IMG/VR virus record: IMGVR_UViG_3300035502_000737
Strand: one strand, 5' to 3'
DNA length: 64,000 bases
From: a virus
Lineage: Duplodnaviria > Heunggongvirae > Uroviricota > Caudoviricetes
Each line of letters begins with the position of its first letter. Positions within the stretch are counted from its first letter, which is position 1. The notes under the pieces were generated by a model. It did no database searches, was not told the DNA's origin, and was given only the letters and a program-made list of their open reading frames with translations. This document shows positions 59,401-64,000 of this stretch, one piece after another. The position numbers and the translations under genes are program-made.

Positions 59401-59736
59401 AATACAAGTGAGTCTAGCAAATTGGTCAATGCAGCAACAAGTGCATGGACTCAGACAGTAGAGTTCACCTTCTTGTATGCCATTAATTCAAGCCTTGAGG
59501 AACCATCAAAATTGAGTGCAGTTGCAAAAGTAGGCTCTGATATATTGACAAATCCTACAATAGAAAAGAAAGAAGGTGAACATTCAGATACTTTATATAT
59601 TACTTTCAAGAGAGATGTAACCGATTTCAGCAAACTGTCGGAAACCAATGCGGAGTTATATTTAAAGAGGAGTAATGGCCTTGTCTTTAGGTTCACGAAC
59701 ATTATATTGGTAGATGGACAGAACGATGGAAATTAA
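53479..59736 (+). CDS. Very large tail/baseplate-associated structural protein (possible fibre or receptor-binding)
   Basis: 2085 aa; N-terminal GRVLANDAFGIPNAKVS..KYTT.TN.SGDYMIFGVP (carboxypeptidase-regulatory-like), Cys-rich segment, beta-rich Ser/Thr/Asn C-terminal half; in the baseplate cluster. Confidence 0.7.
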   Translation: MAEKSYRIRTDVTKDQVVRTQLRQDTDFLEILSLKIRQEDTYRLHVSNYGIIVGRVLANDAFGIPNAKVSVFIELDDADKLDSEIKNLYPYATIQTVDADNRRYNLLPDTSNDDCYRVVGTFPNKRLVLDNDAEIEVYEKYWKYTTVTNKSGDYMIFGVPCGTQQVHVDVDLSDIGVLSQKPRDFIYKGYSITQFDNSSQFKESTNLDGLSQLLSQTNSVHVYPFWGDTDVEEVAITRCDLQVQYKFEPTCVFFGSIVSDNFSNSVGDKCNPSKYSGFNRNLVAGEGTIEMIRKTQDGLVEEFQIQGNRLIDGDGVWCYQIPMNLDYVGTDEFGNIVPTDNPNKGIPTKTTVRFRISMQETNNEGVSRHRAKYLVPNVQQIYSGSTYPQIENPTKYVQCYEFGSATPDEYFRDLYWNKVYSVKNYIPRIQLGTQKNTQKYCAIRTVNNSGNLNPFPFNHGRFRLFFAYRVLCTLMSIILAIECAFNTFIAKIAGLKILVVRPFSWICSLVGCLSISGGLSEDEDNPIEYFPCCSYKKCRKCSEKGCQQETSFSKLMNVVQQSLAQEYDTVNLDFYNDWINGCLYMPLWFWKKTKKKSYLFGLFKKKAVNRYCNCDSNYKRIKVTEACSLNYDSNYGVSDSDKGEKFHYQFPSNPASIGHGIIKEVENKAGLKIYYYAPGVPTTTDYRDTSDKYVNYVRLYSTDIILLGSLNDCDLDNLPRPFLNMPSSSANIPYISTLKDSSTDSDVDNSGTEDDNGTVEVTGMDWLGSVNDGLFMDLTCSKVKTKPKTCVNLARMSELGVTLDSRYYDSVSNGTEIVYDNERPSDGLITRYELVDNETRAMFASLNHNGLTEKVHNPNTGYDTYKLTYMYPIDFDGHLSKFSSGYTKSMKVVTYDVKSDYYVNYVFGGNKYHFYSQSGSNYQQPLFNNSFFFYFGLNEGNTAIDKFNNMFYSECYKNVKYPFLVSVETTPAKWCKTYSYVYSGSSYNGIKKNELKESYATISVKISGIKTPYSYTLYDSSNEEIMSESDMYSEELKFGYKVANGGGSYEEEKYGLFTYLTDGKVVENETSDKKSKLYYLVDNDTYKLSITDTNGNTVDTTISIKQSPITVDVTANSLGDKYYSGTTEMTDLCNEASSNGEICINSVNIDGTNYKFKNGDSVSFKQDGSTISGDVTVYTYTTNSNGSISLGSDSDKVRLVISPSDDSMSFKEDCQCSDSTTPKSYKIENNILTLNVWVPQDYTVKVLQICNGSTNGNTSSDTVNVANGSPFQAYLNTVPMRFLLGKSQDVSNYNKKFYSKTVATSPTDTSMSGWFALQNESTYSFPSITKESDIDVWSDFVTLSSDSTDEDSSGADSISIDSVMAIIEYKFNSMMSMCMNCYIDTSDEKTMSLSHSGGKTPIVYRSCYPTYSEWSDTFTEDEELKDITFDSDGFVTCESSSPNIIGWNYTRYNNDIACDFEDNKTYSGSPTFNKLFTDYSHLGNYFAAFENTNNPKVMTSSPYNADMQSGTTSPSSYPSALYSGSKNPYFRGMFLDRRPDYDFFIMVPFNGEWNFISNEDEVRCGRIIGLQINGIEMAYDNSYNIIGSSKSDGLEYTIEGIADESVKFNKVDSKVKITYNTSSKNKRFYDAYVKGGNKIDLKDAYWSTDRNGIYGKRGLCNGDFSESNYPTLRWLDVSGITNSSKVVYSVTGCKYAQNLLSNEDDDYITYECEIEEGEETTFTVGANTSVSFVTSTLEQCAASSYGNITLNCTDSKGVSTLAELKSVDFTFTIPSDTSNETHRSYTMLPFVAFDDYRLQELVNTKNISGFTDMDKVVWFVFWSINFSGETVTDYSLSNSDVTVGEPLISRLALTSNDGKAKMFAFRKSDGSICFDGDSELTGLKYHYTCDVEKVSLSTAIEIVYFRHYLNESNDYLLKQIETFSIGAIINPILYISTENTKSYETKVLGVFGGEVEDASASDGSDSGTTADTSSNTSESSKLVNAATSAWTQTVEFTFLYAINSSLEEPSKLSAVAKVGSDILTNPTIEKKEGEHSDTLYITFKRDVTDFSKLSETNAELYLKRSNGLVFRFTNIILVDGQNDGN

Positions 59737-62440
59737 ACTTAGCAAGAACAAGAGCAAGAAGTCAACCAACGTCAACAATTCTCTCGCTGTCGAATTAAAA
59801 GGCAGTAAGAGATTGTTGCCGATTGGCGCTCTTGATACGACTGTGAATGAGATTGAACTATACAACAATGAGAGGAAGACGTCAACTACCATCCGACTCA
59901 CTTGCTCCATCAATCCCATTTGCAGTAACGTGTTGTTCAACAACATAACCGAGGTTGTTATCAATGAGGGTAGCGACAAGTGTAAGTGCTTGAATTATGG
60001 AGGGTTGGAATCAAGCTATTTCAACAGTGTGGAAGGAAAATCCAACAAGACGATATTCAACGGCAACGTGTACGAGGCAATCAGAGATACGCAATTATCT
60101 AACGAGGCGCTTGGTTTTGACTATCACTGCGGCATTGACATTTTTAACAATCACATCTTGAGAAGCAACACCTTCAAGACGGTTTGCTATCCCACCTCAA
60201 AAACGGACAAATTCAATACCATCGAGGATTGGATGAGGAACGAGGACGGAACCATCATCAGCGGATTCACGGATGCCTACAGCGGAACTTCCAAGGGTGA
60301 CATCCCGTTGCACGTGTATTTGGCCGACGAGGTTTCCACGTACAAGGATTGTGTGAGTGACAAGCTGTTGGACGAGAATGGTTGGCTTGGTTTTACGAAC
60401 GTGGGAAAGTTTCCGACGTATGACAAGAAGGGGGCGCAGTATGATTTTTACAAGGTGATAAACAATAGGAAACCGTGTGACTTCGTGGATATGGCTCCAG
60501 AGAGGGACTTGTTTTATTTCACTCCGAAATTCAATCCGTCAAGGAAGAGGGTTGAGAAGAATTGGAATTATTGCATCACATATCCGAGTTCTTCCACCAC
60601 GGAAGGTTTCTCTTTCATTAGGAAGAACACGAATTCTCTTAAAGTGTGCGTCTTCGATGACAATTCTCGCAATATGAACGGAACGAGCGGATTGAAGTTA
60701 TATAGCGTTTCGATGCACGGACTTTCAGTGGGGGATTATGTCAACGTATATAGAGGAGACAATGTGATGCTAAGAAATGCGGAGGTTTACGATGTGGAGG
60801 ATGAATTTTCCTTCTCCGTGTATAACAACGGGGTGAAGGTTTCCGATAATTGGACGGAAATCACCACAAGCGAACTTCAAGCCAAGTCATTCACAAGAAA
60901 TGGTACTATCTATACCGTATCTCAAGATGGATTGTATGCCTTTGCCAATGATGTAAAATATCCCATTGTCCCAAGTGGGAATACGGTTTGTCTTGATGAC
61001 ACGAGTTCATCAGAGAATGAGATTTCATATAAAAGAGTGGTTGAAGGTGGAGAAGTTGAGTATTATGTAAGGATTTTCTCCCGTCTTCCGAATTGGAAGT
61101 TTGCAGATGAGAAGCCGAGCGAGTACAATATGTATAAGGATGAACAAGCGTTGATAAAGAAGTACAACGTGATTGATTATGAGTTTGAGAACCATATCAA
61201 TAAGCTCGCATTTTCAAAGAATATATACAATGACGATGTGGCTGAGATTGTCTTCACGGATGATATTGATGTGGCCGACTTAAAGGATAACTTGGGCAGA
61301 CCCATCACGGACATTTATCTGACCATTGTAAAGAATAACAGTGGATTCAAGGAATGGTACAACAGTGGGAACACCTCAAGCGATACTGTTGAATATTCAC
61401 ATTGCTTTGGAAAGAACTCATGCGGATTCAGACTGTCACGATATTCCTTGTATAACAATGATTACATCAACATTATTGCATTGTCCAACAATCTTGACGG
61501 AAGCAAGTACAGAGGCCACAACATTGATATCTTGAACGGTGACAGAAGTGACAACGGTGTTGATGATTCTGAAATACAATATGGAAAGATTGGAACGTAT
61601 GAGGGAGACAGAAACTTTTATGGCGACTTGTGCTGCTATTCAGACATCTTGCTTGATGAGTATTCCATTCAGACAATGGAATTCAGATTCAATACAGCGC
61701 AGAGGGAGCTGAATGAGTCGTCTCCGAATTACAGCAAGTTCAGTAGCATCTACTATGACGAGATTACGAGTGACGACTATGACAGCGGATTCAAGTTTTC
61801 TGTGGAGAAGAAGGAGATAACGGATGCTTGCAGAAGGAATGAGGGGTATTGCTACATCCCCCATTACAAGATTCCGTTCAGAACATTCAGTAATACCATT
61901 TCGACAGAGAAACCGACATATTATACCATCAAGGAGTTCAACCAATCCACCAAGGAACTGTATACCATGGAAAAGACATACTTTGAAATCGGTGACATTT
62001 TCTTGCTGAAGTATGACAATAACATTACCGTCCGCTACCTCAAGTGTGAGGTAACTTCCGTCGAGGATTTGAGAAGATTTAAGTTCAAGATGTTGGATTC
62101 TACGGAGGATTTGTCAAAGCTGACGGACGGTTCTTTCAAGATTGTGAAAGCTACGGAGGACACTCCCGATTACGCCGAAATGTCAACGGAAGGAAGCTGC
62201 TATTACATGTGGAGGGAAATCATTGAGAATGGGTATGACAAGAACACCGATGTGGAGTCATATCCTTTTGTGAATGGCTCCTTTTATGTAAACAAGTCGA
62301 TTAACTTTTTCCTAAAGAGGCAAGACCCCAACGGGTATGGAGGACTTTGGTCGAAGACTTATCCTTATGATATGGATTCCAACTTGCTTACTTTTGAGGA
62401 AGAAGATAATTATATTGAAGAAGAGGATATTACATGCTAA
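59714..62440 (+). CDS. Large structural hypothetical protein
   Basis: 908 aa, overlaps the previous stop; start at 59714 or 59726; ends FFLKRQDP..YG motif. Confidence 0.75.
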   Translation: MDRTMEIKLSKNKSKKSTNVNNSLAVELKGSKRLLPIGALDTTVNEIELYNNERKTSTTIRLTCSINPICSNVLFNNITEVVINEGSDKCKCLNYGGLESSYFNSVEGKSNKTIFNGNVYEAIRDTQLSNEALGFDYHCGIDIFNNHILRSNTFKTVCYPTSKTDKFNTIEDWMRNEDGTIISGFTDAYSGTSKGDIPLHVYLADEVSTYKDCVSDKLLDENGWLGFTNVGKFPTYDKKGAQYDFYKVINNRKPCDFVDMAPERDLFYFTPKFNPSRKRVEKNWNYCITYPSSSTTEGFSFIRKNTNSLKVCVFDDNSRNMNGTSGLKLYSVSMHGLSVGDYVNVYRGDNVMLRNAEVYDVEDEFSFSVYNNGVKVSDNWTEITTSELQAKSFTRNGTIYTVSQDGLYAFANDVKYPIVPSGNTVCLDDTSSSENEISYKRVVEGGEVEYYVRIFSRLPNWKFADEKPSEYNMYKDEQALIKKYNVIDYEFENHINKLAFSKNIYNDDVAEIVFTDDIDVADLKDNLGRPITDIYLTIVKNNSGFKEWYNSGNTSSDTVEYSHCFGKNSCGFRLSRYSLYNNDYINIIALSNNLDGSKYRGHNIDILNGDRSDNGVDDSEIQYGKIGTYEGDRNFYGDLCCYSDILLDEYSIQTMEFRFNTAQRELNESSPNYSKFSSIYYDEITSDDYDSGFKFSVEKKEITDACRRNEGYCYIPHYKIPFRTFSNTISTEKPTYYTIKEFNQSTKELYTMEKTYFEIGDIFLLKYDNNITVRYLKCEVTSVEDLRRFKFKMLDSTEDLSKLTDGSFKIVKATEDTPDYAEMSTEGSCYYMWREIIENGYDKNTDVESYPFVNGSFYVNKSINFFLKRQDPNGYGGLWSKTYPYDMDSNLLTFEEEDNYIEEEDITC

Positions 62441-64000
62441 AGTATCAGTTTAAAATAGGGGCCAATACCGACAGTGTGCAAGAGATTGAATGTGAGTCCT
62501 TGTACTTGTCGGAAGACTTGGATTTCATATCGGGCATCACAAGCCCCACTTATGGATTGGTTGACGGCCAATCCATATTTGTACGTGAGGGGACTTCCAC
62601 TTCTTTCAACGAATTCGTCGTGTCCATCAGTGAGGTTACAAGAAGGGGGTATGTAAAGATTGACAAACCCTATTCAGTTCTTGACTTTGAGTACGGGAAC
62701 GAGACGTTGAAGGGATTCGTGTTCGCCGACGGAAAGAAATATATCGCGAAGAACAAAGTAAGCGGAAAAGAGGGCGTAACCGTCACTGTGAAGGACAAGA
62801 CACACTTGGATTCCGACGTGACTGTTACAATCGGTTCCTCCTCTTCAGTGACAATCACCACGAAGTATTGGGTGGAGGACAACAAGATTGCCATCGATGA
62901 CTATCTGTACGAGATTGACCCGTTTGACAAGAGCCCGAGCATCGTATACAACGGGCAAGTCTATTATGTGAATGATTGGACAAGAGATGTCACGGTAAAG
63001 GCATATAACGAGGATGAGGGAAAATACTACGAAAGAACTATTTCTTCCATTCCAAACATATACAAAATCGTCAAGTTCGAGATTCGCAAGACCTTGGATT
63101 ACAAGCTTGACGTGGATTATGCCATTTTCTCCAAGCAGCAGTATTACTTCGAGAGCGGAGACACCTCCGTATATACGGATTCGACCAATGAGAAAAAGAC
63201 GCTCTTACGTCCGAGAAAGTACATTGTGGATAGAGTGAAGAATACAGCCACTTGCTCATACTATGACGAGGAATCAGACGCGTATGAAACCGATACTGTC
63301 GATGTGACCGTAAACTACGAGAACCAAGTAACTGTCAATGGGGAGAAATACGAGCTAAAGAGCGAGTGGAAGAATGCTTCTAGTGGAAATTACCTTCACT
63401 TGTACTTGGATGACACCGAATACGCTTTTAAGGCAAGCCAAAAGATAAAGGTCACTCCGATACATTATACGGAGAGGGAATTTATTGTTACTGATAGTGG
63501 GAATACAAAATTTGCTTCCTTCTGTGGAAACAAGTATTACAAGAACAGTGACAAGACTGATTTCGCAGTGGTCAATGGAACTGAATATAGGGTATATTAC
63601 GGGGATGACAATTGGGGAAACGATGCAAACAGCTCGTTTCCTTCTGTAAGCGCTGACAAGGGAGGATACGGTTACATCCAAGTGGATGATTCCGTCTATC
63701 TTGTATACAAGAAGGGAGGGAAACTGTATTCCTTGCTTATGGGCAACAAGATTGCCTCATTCGGAGAGAAGGAGTTGGAACTGAAACAGTATGATTACAT
63801 CACCATCGATGACATTGATTACATGATTTACACCAACTCTCGCATCTTGAACGGAAACGCTTGGGAATATGAATACATCCTTGTAGAAGGGAAATTTCCC
63901 ATACGGCTTCTTGTGGAGGAGGTGATAAGTAGCAATCAGCTGAGATGTTCTGTCATAGGAAATGACGAATACGCTTCAGACGGGTTATCCAATCTTGTAA
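62434..64000 (+). CDS. Large hypothetical (probably structural) protein, 5' part; runs off the window
   Basis: ATG 62434 overlaps the previous stop; reads MLKYQFKIGANTDSVQ..., with no stop seen in the parts translated, including the last codons; absent from the ORF track because there is no stop in the window. Confidence 0.75.
   Translation, partial: MLKYQFKIGANTDSVQEIECESLYLSEDLDFISGITSPTYGLVDGQSIFVREGTSTSFNEFVVSISEVTRRGYVKIDKPYSVLDFEYGNETLKGFVFADGKKYIAKNKVSGKEGVTVTVKDKTHLDSDVTVTIGSSSSVTITTKYWVEDNKIAIDDYLYEIDPFDKSPSIVYNGQVYYVNDWTRDVTVKAYNEDEGKYYERTISSIPNIYKIVKFEIRKTLDYKLDVDYAIFSKQQYYFESGDTSVYTDSTNEKKTLLRPRKYIVDRVKNTATCSYYDEESDAYETDTVDVTVNYENQVTVNGEKYELKSEWKNASSGNYLHLYLDDTEYAFKASQKIKVTPIHYTEREFIVTDSGNTKFASFCGNKYYKNSDKTDFAVVNGTEYRVYYGDDNWGNDANSSFPSVSADKGGYGYIQVDDSVYLVYKKGGKLYSLLMGNKIASFGEKELELKQYDYITIDDIDYMIYTNSRILNGNAWEYEYILVEGKFPIRLLVEEVISSNQLRCSVIGNDEYASDGLSNLV

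Noticed and set aside
1-64000. Stop-codon reassignment (TAG to Gln as in Lak megaphages, or TGA recoding)
   Set aside because: ORFs of 1000-2085 aa are intact under the standard code with no in-frame TAG or TGA, and TAG (17281, 18220, 34609, 53171, 53476) and TGA (25963, 35771, 37101) end genes at sensible positions
1-64000. tRNA, rRNA, integrase/att sites or IS transposases
   Set aside because: No cloverleaf, rRNA-like segment, recombinase or transposase motif was recognised by eye; a tRNAscan-SE run would be needed to exclude tRNAs formally

Overview
The window is a 64-kb segment of a large lytic myovirus (jumbo-phage-like). The host is inferred to be an anaerobic Bacteroidota (Bacteroidales-type), because several promoters match TTTG-N19-21-TAnnTTTG, Shine-Dalgarno sites are not obvious, and the phage carries class III ribonucleotide reductase (RNR). 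The standard code is used (TAG, TAA and TGA all end genes). Content: a contractile tail module (sheath, tube, chaperones, tape measure, baseplate hub and wedge, large tail proteins), a replication/recombination block (gp32-like SSB, UvsX/RecA, 5'-3' exonuclease, DnaB-like helicase, NrdD/NrdG), and many inserted accessory cassettes. Best-supported unusual features: (1) nrdD is split by three group I introns whose splice junctions can be reconstructed to the base, plus a mini-intein; (2) the helicase has a class 3 (Ala1, W-C-T) intein in its Walker A motif; (3) a ~215-nt multi-hairpin ncRNA candidate has its own promoter and terminator; (4) a recurring TATTTAT motif upstream of late genes is a candidate phage late promoter; (5) unrelated accessory proteins share a ~23-aa leader ending V-L-x-E. 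One of them is a ParE/RelE-like + ADP-ribosyltransferase fusion with a small upstream antitoxin-like gene, and together they may form a capsid-cargo/injected-effector system; (6) GATC and CCGG appear absent and CCAG/CCTG depleted. All protein assignments come from motif recognition by eye; no database search or folding computation was run.
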